Source: Zygnema circumcarinatum SAG 698-1b (lineage: Eukaryota; Plantae; Zygnematophyceae). Taken from it: a stretch of DNA of 64,000 bases. Within the stretch, counting starts at the first letter, position 1. Every line of letters begins with the position of its first letter. The stretch is taken from positions 2,728,001 through 2,792,000 of the forward strand of contig CM074811.1 in assembly GCA_037447605.1 (NCBI GenBank), read 5' to 3'. The notes below the pieces were generated by a model. It made no database searches. It saw nothing but the letters and a program-made list of their open reading frames with translations, and had not been told where the DNA came from. This document shows positions 1-12,161 of the stretch, piece by piece. A program made the position numbers and the translations under genes.

Positions 1-179
1 GATACTAACTTCTCCTTGATCAGTTAGAAGCGAGTTATTGACAAGCATTATATATCTTCTGCGATAGTTCATTATGCAGATGCCATGTAGTAAGGTCTGG
101 GAACCTGCTCGTTGGATTATAATAAAGGACATGGTGACAGATGTATGATTCTACCGGCTGGGTTTTGTTCTGAACGCAG

Positions 180-3100
180 CTATTTCGAGGAAAAGGGACC
201 CATTTACAAAGCTGGTCAAGGTCTGTTCAAACTCGGCTCTAAGCTTGTGGAAAACATTAAGGCCAACATTTTGAAGCAGCTACATGCTTCGGCGAAGCTG
301 TATGGCGGAGTTCTGACAAGTAAAGCCAAGGGGAAGCGCATAGCGAACAATGTGGCTAGGAAACCGGTTGCGAAAAAGAGAGAGAGAGAGGAGGATTTCA
401 AGGGACGAGCTGAGAAGAAGAAGCGGGATGAGCTCGATGACGAAAGTGATTTGGACAGCGATGCTGAGAGTGAGGAGATTCTCGATGATGGAGAAGATAG
501 TGTTAGGGGTGGGTCAGCCAAGAAGGGTGCAAAATCTCGGAATGTATGGTCTGAGTCTGAAGGGGAAGAGAGCGAGGAAGATGGGACAGACTTGGACATT
601 TATGAGGTGAGTGGGACCGTATTCATTTGCGCAACTACCGCCATTTCGTGGACCTTTTTTGTCAGAAGTTGATGGTGGAAAATGCCGATTCTTTATACAG
701 GGCACCCTTGATGCCCATTGTTTGGGGCCCAATTCGTCAGAAAGTGTTTGTGATTCTCTTCCATGCTAACTAACTAATCCTTCAGCATGTCTCCCTTGTT
801 GCTTCTTGTTAACCTGCTTTCGCCTTGTACTTGCATCCTCAATCATTTCGGGATCTTTAGGAAAAAATAGGTCGTATTGCGGCAATAGTCATTCTAGCAA
901 CATATTCTGACCCTGTCCCTCTTTTGGCATCTGCATTCAGTATCCTGAGCATGTGCTTGAACAACCCCATGAGTCCGCTAGCAATAACATTAAGGCTCAT
1001 GAAGAGGATGAAGAAGATGGGGACGAAGAAGAGGTGGAGCAGGAGGGATGGACCAAAAGGCCTAAAGTATACAAGGAGAAGATGCGTCTTTGGGGGAATC
1101 GTATGACGAAGGCGGCTATGGTCCCACCAATTACTCGTGTATATGAAACAATTGAAAACTATGTCATTGTGGAAGACAAAGAAAGGGTGGAGAGAAAGCT
1201 TGTAGTGGAGCTTCCAGACAACCTTGAGGCAAAGACGAAACGAGCCAAGGATGATGGTTTCACTCAGGTAAACAGACCCAAATGCGATGGCGGGAGATTT
1301 TCTTCAAACGGCTGAATTCAATAGCATGGGTCTTGGATCTGCATACACAACTGTTGCTGTCTTAGTGATGTGTACTGAGTCCTTCTTGGTTTCTCCGTTC
1401 AATTATCCGTCGTATTGCGATCTCGGCAACCAATGAGCTGTTTGATGTATGCAACGGCAGTTAAAGCAGGATAGTTACCTTTTGCTTTGGTTTGCATGGT
1501 TTTAGTTGGCTTTATATACTCAGATAGTTAAATGCCACATGCATGTGGCATAGGGTCCAGTCCTTCCATTCGATAAAGTATATATGTATTGAAAGATATA
1601 TTAAGTGTATGCTTCAGGAGCACAAACGAGTTAAAAGCAGGATCTGTCCCTTTGAAATGCTTCGGATTTTGGATTTTGTGTTATAAAACTTCAAACTCTG
1701 CACTCCCTCCTGCTGCTGAAGCCCTGGTTATCCTTCTGCCTTCTCCCTTTGTTTTGAGCAGGGCATCCATTTAGACTGGCCAGATGTGAAACCTGCAAGC
1801 AGACGGCAGGAAGTGAATATTGACGTGGTGGAGCAGGAGGTGTACGGCATCGACCCTTGCACACATAACCAGCTTTTGGACTCCATGCGTGAGCAGTGGC
1901 ATAGAAGGGGCCCTTCTGAAACTCGGCCAAGGACTGATCCCCCTCCGAGTCTCAAGGAGGATGAGGAGCATGCATTCATCGAAGAGGTATGGGCTGCTCT
2001 GCAGATGGGTTTTTTACGGATATGACATAAGGTTGTGGTTTGCTGGAAATCGGAAAAGTCTGACGGATTCTTGTGAAGAAACCTTTGAAACTGAACAGTC
2101 AGGTTGAAAACTCTATTTTGGTTTGGTGTTGGTTGGCTGGATATGGTGTCTATTGTTCTCCTTCAAACCTAGCAAGTAGAGCTTTTTCTTCGCGAAGCAG
2201 TCACTTGGTCAGAACTGAGTTGACACTGAGCAGTTCCTTTCGAGGATTGCATGCCAACTATTCCCTTCTGTTGTCTTCTTCAATAGGTTTACTTTGTGGA
2301 TATGTTTGAGCAGTATCACTACTGACTGCTGTGTCAGACGTGACAGTATGTAACCTGCTTGTTCGCACTCTTGACTCTTTTTGAAACTGCACCAAAAGGT
2401 ATAATTAGCTATAGTTATGTTGACTATCGTGACACCTTGGAGCAAGGTTTTGTCTGCCACTCACTCCTCCTGACACGAAAAGTCCGGAAGAAATATGTTT
2501 ACATTTTTTATCCTCTGTGCCTTTGTCTGACGGCATCGTGCCTTGTTGGGGGGATGGGCCGTACAGCGTGTTCTATGCACTCTCAATCGCGTTGGAGGAC
2601 AGTACACCGGTAGAAGGGCTCCCATGGAGTTGGACCTTGTGCCTGTTGTGGAGGTATTACTGGAAGAATTGAAGCAGGAAAGGAGAGATGGAAAGACCGA
2701 TCTGATTGCATTCTGCGAAGCTTTGCTAGCAGAAATGAGGTTTAGGCAGGAGAATTGGAGAGGGTTTAAGTTTCGAGCATACCGTAAAGGTCTGGGAGTG
2801 GTATGCAAAACACCGGCGGGTATTAAGGAGAAGGACTTTGTCGTGGAATTCATTGGAGAAATTTACCCGCCATGGAGATGGTTTGAGAAGCAAGACGGCA
2901 TTCGGAAGATTCAGAACAAGGAATCCGTGACCGAGTTCTACAACATATATCTGGAAAGGCCGAGAAAAGATCAGGGTGGCTTTGATGTCTTGGTTGTGGA
3001 TGCAATGCATAAGGCAAATTTCGCGAGTAGACTCTGTCATTCGTGCCGACCAAATTGCGAAGCCAAGTAATCATCTTTCCCAAGATTTCTGTATGATTTT

Positions 3101-6100
3101 TGTGACTGCCTGTCGAGGTCTTGCTGATTGTCAATCCTTGTTTTCCATTTTTTTCTGAAGGATTTTTACAAACGCTTTGCATAATCCAAACTGTAACTGG
3201 GTCGATGAAGAAAGTTTCAGATTCTTTTAATTGTCCCCTCTGCATGCACCTTTTTGGTGCAGAATTTCAGTGTGATTCTTGCTTTCTGTTGATTGATGAT
3301 GTAGACGGCTATTTTGAGACAGGTTGTACACGTCAAGTCCATGAATATGGTGAGATGGAGAAAGGAGAGACACCTAGGAACGACCAACTTGAACCATTGT
3401 TGATCGCATCTAACAGTTCCGATGGGTTTGGTGTCAGAGTTGTTGCTGTGGAAGGAAGCTACATGATTGGAGTGTATTCTTTACGGGATATAAAGTGTGG
3501 GGAGGAGCTTACTTTCGATTACGCATCAGTGACGGAGGTAGGCCTCTCCTTCCTACCATCACGGCCTCCAACTTGTTTAGATTGGAGAGTTCCCGGAGCT
3601 AAGTTTGCAGTTTCGGTGGTAAAGTATTGTGAAGTAGGTCTAGCTGATGCCCCTCCTCTCGTTGGTCTATCGTTCGATATGATGACCCAACTCACCACTC
3701 TCACCTCTGCCCTTTGTGAACGTATTTGAAGAAGTGCTGGGAGACTGAGGCACAGGATAGCGACCGTAATATACATCCATGAGTTAGTTATGAATGTTTT
3801 GTTTTGATAGTTACTTTATGTTTTATCACAAGATCTCTTTCTTGCCTTATCAGACCTATCATACTTTCAGCTTGCAAGCACAGAACCTAGCTAGCTCACT
3901 CCTGGCCCTTTGCTCGCCGTAGATTCTCGTCCTTGCAGCCGTGGTAATATGTTCTACTCTCTATTCCAATAAGCGGAAACCGAGCTGATATGTGTGCAGA
4001 GCATGGAAGAATACAACCAAGCCGTTTGTCTCTGTGGTGATCGGCTTTGCAAGGGCTCCTACCTCAGCTTGGGGGGGCACACACATCTGCAGCATGTAGG
4101 TGCCATCTCTTCATCTCCCTTGTCTTGCATAGTTTTCTAGACTCTTGTGACTCAGGTAAGCTGGTTTATGCTTTTCCTTGGTTAGATTCTCCCCAAGCCA
4201 ATGTTGCTTATCTTGACAAAAGGCCATCAGTTTCTGTATTTTCATCCATCTTATCGCTAAAATGTCCAGCAGACAGTTGACAGGAGGTGGGAGGTGAGGA
4301 GATGCAGGAAATGATGGAACAGCATGGCATTTTGCGCCGCCATTGGATGCTTTTGGATGCTTCAACTACAGGCTCTGTGACTTTGGAGGAGAGAGAGGAG
4401 CTCAGGAAGGCAGGGTTAGGGTGGTGTCTTTTGTCGGAACTCCCAGATTGGGCAGTCAAATACGCTGCTTACCTGGTAGGCCATAATAATAATAATAATA
4501 ATAATAATAATTGCCATAATAATTGCTTCCGTAATGCTTGGAGCCATGTTGAGCTGCGGATTAGAGTGGTTGGGCATGCTTACTCAGAGCTGCATGCTTG
4601 TGATTGCATGCAGATGCGGTTCATTAATCAGGAGCGGAGGGAACTTCCCCGCATGATCCTTCAGCAGAGTGCGAAAGAGCTGAGGCAGAGGCGGCGAAAA
4701 GCAGCAGATGCTGGGGATTCGAAAGAGATGGATACGCAGGAGCAGTTTGCCAGAAATGAGGTACAGTTGATGAAACTCCATCGTCCTTGTGTTGGACTCT
4801 GCTCGAACTGATAGTGATGGCAGTGTTACCTGGCAAGTTCAGCAAGAGCTTATATATCGTCTGCTTTGATGAGGTGCGCAGGCAGATGGTGTGTACATGG
4901 CGCGTTTGCAGAACTTGGCAATAACAATGGATAAGGTAAGGAACGGGTAGAGTGTGAGCTATGTGGGAAGGAACACCCAAATTTGGAAACTAGCATCACC
5001 AAAGGAATAAGCGTGTAGAACATGTCCCTGGTCTCTGTTCTATGGCCATTGTTGAAGCTTCAAATTCTCCCCTTAATGTAGCATGATGTGCTACATTAAG
5101 GGGAGAACCCTCCTGAGCAGCTTGTGGTAGAGGGATGGAACCCTTTACTTTGAATGGACTTCAATAACGCAGATTGGGGAGGGGGGGGAGAGACCAGGTC
5201 CGATACTGCCTTCGAAAGTTGTATGGGGAGTCAAAGGAGGGGCCTCCACCTCTACAGCGTTTGTCTGGAGGAGAACTTCTTCATAAGATATGGTCTGGAG
5301 ACGGGTCTGTTGTCAACTCGTTGTTTAAGAGCATGGCCCCCCACCAGGATAAGGCCATGCTGCATGACTTTTACAGGAGGGTTCAGGAGCATGCCCCAGG
5401 GCATTCCCCATCAGCTCTGCGGAAAAGTCTACTTTGGTATACTACTTCACCGTTGGCCATGCTTTTGCGATAGAAGGAAAGGTTGGATGTGCAGCGCAGC
5501 TTGTTGCAGTTTGGGCCATCCCTTTTGATTTGGGATTGTCCCCTAGTTTAATGTATGTCCCTACAGATAGTTCCCAGGGTCGACTGGGCTCTGCTGATTA
5601 CTCGTCCGGGAAGGGTTCAGGTTGAGAGACGAACTTCTAAAGCTGCAGCCGACAGCCCTCTGCCGTTTTGACGCTGCTGCTGATCTCTTTCATATGTACG
5701 CATACACTGATACTTGGTTCACCCATCAGGTAAGCCATCCTTCTGCTCTTGACTCCCAAGTACTCTCCTTCACTCACTCCCTCCCTGTCTCTCTCTCACC
5801 ATGACTTCGATAGCATATCCTGAGGATGCAAGATGGTCTGCCTCCTCACTACCACATTCACCTGCATGGAAACAGGAGTACCCCCAATTCGACTCCCCGC
5901 CATTGTCCATTCTTGCTTCCGATTTGGGCCGCTCGCTTGCTGGCCGAGGCGTAGCGGCAGCAGCAGCAGCCACTGAGCCACTTGAGTGGTACAAAACATA
6001 TGAAAGAGACCACATTCTTGGCCAGCTTATTCATTGGTATAAGCAGACAGCTTTGGACCCAGGAAAGGCCCTCCCTGCAGGTCGCCGCGGCTGCTTAGTC

Positions 6101-6507
6101 CTTCCAGACCCTTCCTCTTGCTTTTCCAAAAGTCTCCAGCAGCCCATTCAGCGGGCATACGGCTCCAAACAACGCAACATGATGTTCGAAAGGATGGTGA
6201 GACTTCTATCGTTTCTGTGCTCCTTCTGCCCTTCGCGCTGCCTCCATTCCCCTGCACTCATGAACCTTTTCTGACTCTCGCTTTTCTACCTTGGGGCCGC
6301 CTTTCTCCCCTGCAGGTCAGCAAGCCTGAGAGAGGGTGGCCGAAAGCTTCGGACGACTCTTTGTGGGAGTTCCGCAACAGTCGCAGCTTGTATGGCAGCC
6401 CCATGTTGGACGCCATAGCCAACAACCGACTGCTCAATGCTGAGATGATGGCGTGGCTCCGCAAGCGGCCCATCACTTTTGTTGGACCATACGACACTCA
6501 GTGCTGA
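180..6507 (+). CDS. ATXR3: Histone-lysine N-methyltransferase ATXR3/SDG2-like (SET domain, H3K4me3), 3' part; the 5' end lies outside the window
   Basis: Spliced exons approx. 180-606, 941-1267, 1762-1986, 2567-3066, 3438-3537, 4000-4095, 4308-4475, 4614-4760, 4882-4935, 5198-5436, 5621-5729, 5876-6196 and 6316-6507, all with GT-AG borders. Translation gives EQEVYGIDP, YRKGLGVVC, FVVEFIGEIYPPWRWFEKQDGIR, EFYNIYLERP, VVDAMHKANFASRLCHSCRPNCEAK, GEELTFDY, post-SET AVCLCGDRLCKGSYL, LRDEL...AAADLFHMYAYT and YGSPMLDA...WLRKR, which are characteristic of plant ATXR3/SDG2. Confidence 0.93.
4483..4511. repeat. (AAT)n microsatellite in an ATXR3 intron
   Basis: About 9-10 perfect AAT units directly after the GT donor at 4476; this explains the poly-N run in ORF 4287..4811. 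Confidence 0.9.
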
Positions 6508-7322
6508 CGGCGTTCCATGATACCTCAGTTAGACGGCAACATGCAGGGAAAGCCCGTGCTGTCGTGGAGAATTGTATTTGCGGCGTTCAGATGCAGAAGT
6601 CATGGGTTGGGCATAGGCCTGTAGGTATGTTAGGTCTGTCACTTGGGTATATTGCAAGGGAATAAGATGTACAGGTGGGAGCATGGAAGGGCTCGGAGGA
6701 GGCAAGCTATGGGCCCTGCTTGGGGTGACTATCCATCCGTTCTAGTGGGGAATGCACCACGTGGAGTGGTTTTGAAGGGCGCAGAAAACGGCACGGGGAC
6801 ATGGAAATGGTCGGATGCTGCCAGCGCAATTCCGCTAGTGGCTACTCTTTCAATAATGGCTTAATTCTTGTCAAGGTTGGAGTAGTTGTGGTATGAATGT
6901 GGGGTTGAAGGCCTTCGGGTAGCGGTAAAGGTCGAAATTGTGCGGTTTAATCAAACTGGTTACTGAAGACCGTTGAAAACGAGTACTTCGAGTTGTTACG
7001 GTATTTACAGCCTCTCTCTCTCTCTACACTTCGTGGCTTGCCAAGCCAAGGCAAAACTCCCATCTATCTTTCAAGGCCAATGGGTGGTGGCACTCCATGC
7101 CGCATAATTCTAAGGAGCCATGCATCCTTTTCACCATAAGTGGAGGGAGAGAGAGGAAAGACAGGAAAGCTGGGGGGTGGTGGAAGGGGAGGAGGGGGAG
7201 GGGGGGAGGGGGGGAGGGGGGCCAGGTGGGGGATACGTAGTGATTTCCGTAACTGGCGAAGGTACGCTCGCAAAATAGGCCAAGCCTGTGAATTCATTCG
7301 CTTGTCTTATTGGAGAAGTGAA

Positions 7323-7350
7323 TTGGCATTGCCATCTTGATCTCAACGCC
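7323..7350 (+). repeat. Degenerate copy of the retroelement 3'-terminal motif
   Basis: ttggcattgccatcttgatctcaacgcc resembles the consensus TTGATGGCATCGCCATCGTGAGATCAATGCC; this is the weakest copy. Confidence 0.35.
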
Positions 7351-7689
7351 ACCATGTGTACGAAACCTTCAGCGAGACCTGCCCATATATTCGCTATCTT
7401 CGCCTTGTTTTCAGAGCCGTGTTGTTGGGCCTAGAAGCAGCTTCCGCTCATCGCCCTCCTTCAGTCTACAGGTCACTTCACTTGGGACAGGTCCCCAGCG
7501 GATCTTTCCGCATGTCATTGCATTGGAGGCCGGTCGCTGCCGCCTCACTTTTCCGCTCTCTAATCGGGAAATTCTTCCTTCTTTGACATCCAGGGCTCTT
7601 CGGGCCTAGACTCTCCACATTCTAAAACTTACGTGAAAAACACGCGCGATGGGCGGCCGTCAATGCCACATCCATTCCGTGGGGCATTG

Positions 7690-7733
7690 AAACCCTAAAA
7701 ACCCTAAAATCCTAAAACCCGTAAAAACCCTAG
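7690..7733. repeat. Degenerate interstitial telomere-like/telo-box array (AAACCCT-type)
   Basis: aaaccctaaaaaccctaaaatcctaaaacccgtaaaaaccctag: about five imperfect CCCTAAA(A/AA) units. Confidence 0.7.
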
Positions 7734-7860
7734 AAAAATAGGAGGAGAAGGAAAAGCTGTTCCCTGTTGCAAGCAATGCAACGGCAACAACAAGGAACAG
7801 AGGGCGCCAGAAAAACAAAGAAAAACAACCGTACGCTACTGTACGACGACGCTGTACGAG

Positions 7861-8723
7861 CAGGCCTCTTCAAATAGGGGATTTCGGCTTAAGATAGGGG
7901 ACTGTCCCCTAACTTGGTTTTGTAAAAACACGTAAATATGGACTGTACGGACGAAACCGTGCACGTACGGACGTTCATCATTTCCCAACACTGCTACCGT
8001 CGAGTCTGATTTTTCAGTAATTGGATGGGAGAAAGACGAGTTTCGAAAGAGGTTGACAGACTTTTCATTGGAAGGCATTCTTCACTGCAAACAGTTTGAT
8101 AGTTTGACCGCTCTTCGAGGGTCTCTTTGAGTAGTTTGCATCACTTCTATAGCTGTCTTGTTCAGCCTAAAACTCCTAAGGGAGTGAGACCATTTTTCAT
8201 TTCATTTCTAATTTTAGTTCCTATTTCAGTTTTTCTTTTGTGACTACACCTAGAATTTCAAAGGTTATGATTTGGAATAGAGTTTTTGTGAGGAAATTTC
8301 AAGACTATGATGGATTCTAAAGTGATACTTGGAGTAATTAATGATGGATGGAAAAGGAAATAAAGAGCTTAGGATTGGATCTACAAAGTTTCCGTGCAAT
8401 TGGGTTTTTGAATAGCAACTATATGTTGTGATTGCCAAATGCACAGTTGTTCTAATTGATTGGTAAAATTTACCAATCTATAAGAGTCGAAGAGATTGCA
8501 CCAGTTTCTAAAGCCGTGCTGTTATACCAACAAGTAAAGTTCATATACATCATTGCTATCGTGGTTGCAAATGCAATTCATTTCCTTTTTGTTTTTAACC
8601 AAAAAAATGCTTTTTGGGGGCTTGTGTGGTATTTAAGTTGAAATCACGTAAACTAATCTCAAAATCTTACGTAAATAAGCTATTTACGATATTTAGGGGA
8701 TCTCCCCTATTTGAAGAGCCCTG
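7861..8723. mobile_element. Non-autonomous hAT-superfamily element (MITE), 863 bp
   Basis: TIRs caggcctcttcaaatagggga (7861-7881) and tcccctatttgaagagccctg (8703-8723) match at 20/21 positions. A perfect 8-bp direct repeat, tgtacgag, flanks both sides (7853-7860, 8724-8731). The interior is AT-rich and non-coding. An 8-bp TSD with short CAGG-starting TIRs is typical of hAT. Confidence 0.88.
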
Positions 8724-10275
8724 TGTACGAGTGTTCACGAACTGGCCGCCGACAGTCCGTATGAGTGACGCTTAAATGACGTCCTCTGCTAGCGATGGGT
8801 CGGTGGACTTTTGGCTGCTTCCGCGCGGGAAGGGCCCAATGGGCGCCCGTCACGTGTACGCATCTGTTCTGTAGAGCCATGCTCACTGCATTCTATGGAT
8901 AACGCAGTCTCGTTACAGTTCCTGCCCAGCCCCGTCACATTTCCGTGGCAGTTCCGTTTCCAGTTCCCGCGGCTGTGCAGCGTTGCGTTGCCTCGCGGGC
9001 CTCTTCAGCTTCTTTCGGCGACTCTTTCGCGGGCTTGTCTCGACTCTCGAGTCGTGGGACGACTCCATCTCCGCGAGGGAGGGGGAGACTCTCTCTCTCT
9101 CTCTCACTCTCTCTCTCTCCCTCTCATCGTCCGCTCACCCAACCTCCTCTCTTTGAAGTATTATTGTGTCCACGACCGACCCCCTCTTCACATGACTGAC
9201 TGACTGACTGCTGCACAATGCCGCTACAGCTACGAGTGTGACATTCCGCAAGTGCAGTATTAAACTTATGTTGAGGAGAGTCATGCATCGGATGCCGAGA
9301 ATTGGACTCAACACTAAGGGAGATGGAAGAAAATGAGGAGCTGCTTTTGGTTCATCCACCGCAGCAGTTGATTGAGGCTTCTTAACCAACAACAACGGTT
9401 TCTATGTGACCAGTTGACTGCAAATCCGTGCAACGGCACATGCACGCACAGCATAAAAAACACTTCACTCTATGGAGGGTTATGTACAACATTGGCCCTT
9501 TTATTCATGTCTGCAATGCGCAGCGAAGTTCGAGCACCTCCTACACCCATTTAACATTTAACTAATTATCAATTACATACAGCCGCAGTCGTCTATCGCA
9601 GACCCCCTCCAGGGCTGCCGCTTCGAATAAGTCCACTACTTCTGCAGAAACTCGCTCGCCACAAACCCTAATTATTATTCAGTGGCTTGGACAAAAATAA
9701 ATACAGAGCGCAATTTTTCTTCTTAACGCGCGAGTGCCACCTGTCGTCGCCACATTTGATCCATGGTCGACATTTTTCTGCGAAGAAGGAACTTAGTCAA
9801 AGCCCAGCCCTGCCTGCCTGCCCGCCCGGCGGTACACCGCCCCATACATTCTGAAAGGCGCACCCTCTGACTGCTCGCGAGACAAGCCAAGGCCCCTCCA
9901 CTATTAGGACGCGGCTTGGGGAAACTTGGAACTTGGTGTCAAAAAAAGGGAAGTTCCGATTCTCCCAATGCCGCGACTCGCGTCAACAAATAGAGAGCAA
10001 GGGTTGCTTTGAAGGCGAGGCGAGGGAGGTCTCTCCATTGAAGCGCCGCCGCTCTCACTTTCGCAATTCATGACCTCCCCTCAATGGAGCCTCGCCGGCT
10101 GACTCAGCCTCCTAACGAGACTTCTGCATCTACAGAAGTGCGCTGCAGCCGCTGTCCAGCGAGACACAGAGGGAGAGGAGGGGAGAGAGAGGAGAGGGAG
10201 AAGAAAAGATAGGAAGAGAGAGACAGAGAGAGCGAGCGAGCGAGCGAGCGAGAGAGAGAGAGCGAGATCCCTTAT

Positions 10276-10300
10276 GTCACGTCACGTCACGTCACGTGAC
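10276..10300. repeat. (GTCAC)4 plus inverted GTGAC micro-repeat spanning the stop codon of the F-box/MYND gene
   Basis: gtcacgtcacgtcacgtcacgtgac seen directly; followed leftwards by GA/GAGC microsatellites. Confidence 0.8.
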
Positions 10301-12161
10301 GCCGGGAGCCGCGACGCAGTCCGTGCAGGTCCATAGGCCGAGGTAGGCGGAGCACGCGAGGCGGTGCCGCGCGTGCCAGTCCGCGGCCTGGCACACGCGC
10401 GAACAGTACTTGGCGCGGCGGCAGAGCGAGCAGCACCGGAACTCCGCCGCGCGACTCTCCGGCCGCCAGCAGCCCCTCCGCCCGCACACCTGCAGGCCAC
10501 GTGGCGCGGCCTGCCGCTCCGCCCACTCGCGCAGGAACCCGTGCACAGGGTGCCACGTGTCCTCACACGTGGGGGGGGCGTTGGCATCGCCCGCCTTCAC
10601 CAGAACGAGCCCCTCCCTCCACGAGTTGTAAAGCCCGAAGGAGGTGGCGGCGGGAGGGGGCGACTGGGGGGAGGAATTGGAGCCGCCGTCTGAGGGGGCA
10701 TTCGAGTCCCTTTTTGCCTTCTTGGCGAAGTCATGGAGGCGGAGGGGCTCCGCCGACTCGCTCTCCCGCTCGGGGGAGCGAGCCCGCTTGAAGGAGCTCC
10801 GCTCGGCTCCGCTGTCTTGGAGAGAGGCTCCGACGCTGCGTAACGCGTCCGCTGCTTGACATCGCGGGAGAGGGCTACTCCTCGCCACAGGGATAGAGCG
10901 CTGGAGGAGGCACTGCCCGGTGAAGGCAGACGCAGGGACGCCGTATCCATCCTGCACAACGCAGAAAAGCAGCGGAGAGGGTAGCGGTCAGTAAAACCCT
11001 CTAAATAAAACACTTTGAATGAAAGGATTGTCAAGTGGAAGCATGAGCAAATATAGCATTCATGGCCCTCCCTTCCTTCCCCCTTCCCTTCTTCCCTCCC
11101 CACCTCCTTCCCTCCCTCCCTCCCTTCCCCCCTCCCCCCCTCCCTCCCCCACTCCGTCTCCACCTCCCTCTCTTCCCCTCCCCCTGCCCCTCTCCCTCTC
11201 CCTCCCTCCCTCCTCCCCCCCTCCCCCCCTCCCTCCCTTCCCGTCCTCCTCCCCCTCTCCCTCCCTCCCTCCCTTCCCCCTTACCTCCCCCACTTCCCCT
11301 CCACCTCCCTCCCTTCCCGTCCCCCTCCCCCTCTCTCCCTCCCTCCCTCCCTCCCTCCCTCCCTCCCAGCCACCACCCACCATGAAGCAGTAGCCGAGCT
11401 CCTGCAGCGCCTCCCTGTGCCCGAGCAGCGCCGCGCGGTAGCAGAGTTCCGCCCCCCAGCCGGGGCTGCGGTCCGCCCGCGCCCCCCCGCTGCCGTGGAA
11501 GCACACCACCGCCAGCGCGAACATGGCCCCGCCGTGCCCGCCCGCGGCCGCACACGTCAGCAGGGCCATGCCGCGCTCGTGCGCGCGCTCGCAGTAGAAT
11601 TCGATCTGCACTCGCACGTGCCACGGACGGGGATCAGAGGGGCGCTTGAGTGGAAGGGTGGATAGGGGCCGTCGGATGGAGGGGAGGACTCACCGTGCCG
11701 AGGATGAAGAAGGCCTCGACGCTGCCCGCCTCCATGCAGCGCTGGAGGTGGGTGCGGGCGCCGGGGCCCCACTGGCTGACACGTGGCAGCAGCGCAGCCG
11801 TGGATGAGCAGATGAGAACCTCTGGACGGCTCAGAGCTGCTCGCATTTGCTGCGACCTGTGGAGGAGTGAGCAGGAGCGAGGTCAGGAAGGTGGGGAGAG
11901 GGAGAGGGAGAGGGAGAGAGAGAGGGATGAGCGGGAGGACAAGTGGATGAGGGGAAGGAGAGGGGCAGGAGCATACACGCAAGAGAGGGTGAGGAGCTCC
12001 TTGGGGCTGGAAGCTGCACGCGCCACGCGGCCGAGAATATCCACCAATATATCGTCCTGCCACGAGACCAGCCCCCCGCCCTCGTGGTGAGCTCCCTCTC
12101 CCACTCCCTCTCCCACTCCCTCTCCCACCACCCCCTCGCCTTCCCCCTTCACCCCCCTCAT
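10292..12161 (-). CDS. F-box / Sel1-like repeat / MYND zinc-finger protein (At1g67340/At5g50450-like family)
   Basis: Exons approx. 12161-11977, 11856-11694, 11605-11381 and 10951-10292. Contains an F-box-like segment (DDILVDILGRVA...ELLTLSCV), Sel1-like helices (AGSVEAFFILG; GMALLTCAAAGGHGGAMFALAVVCFHGSGG; AALLGHREALQELGYCFMDGYGV) and a C-terminal C-rich/MYND finger (CGRRGCWRPE...FRCCSLCRRAKYCSRVCQAADWHARHRLAC). The start codon is uncertain. Confidence 0.85.

Noticed and set aside
7660-7733. Helitron 3' end (hairpin + CTAG)
   Set aside because: The hairpin is about 40 bp from the CTAG instead of about 10-12, and the next base is A rather than T.
8811-9203. ORFs with a transit-peptide-like S/R/A composition next to a (CT)n tract
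   Set aside because: No downstream exons or mature domain could be linked; they run into the microsatellite and stop.
11019-11393. Pro-rich (extensin-like) ORFs here and at about 49.1-49.4 kb
   Set aside because: They are poly-pyrimidine/CCCT tracts within introns of the F-box/MYND and oxidoreductase genes on the opposite strand.
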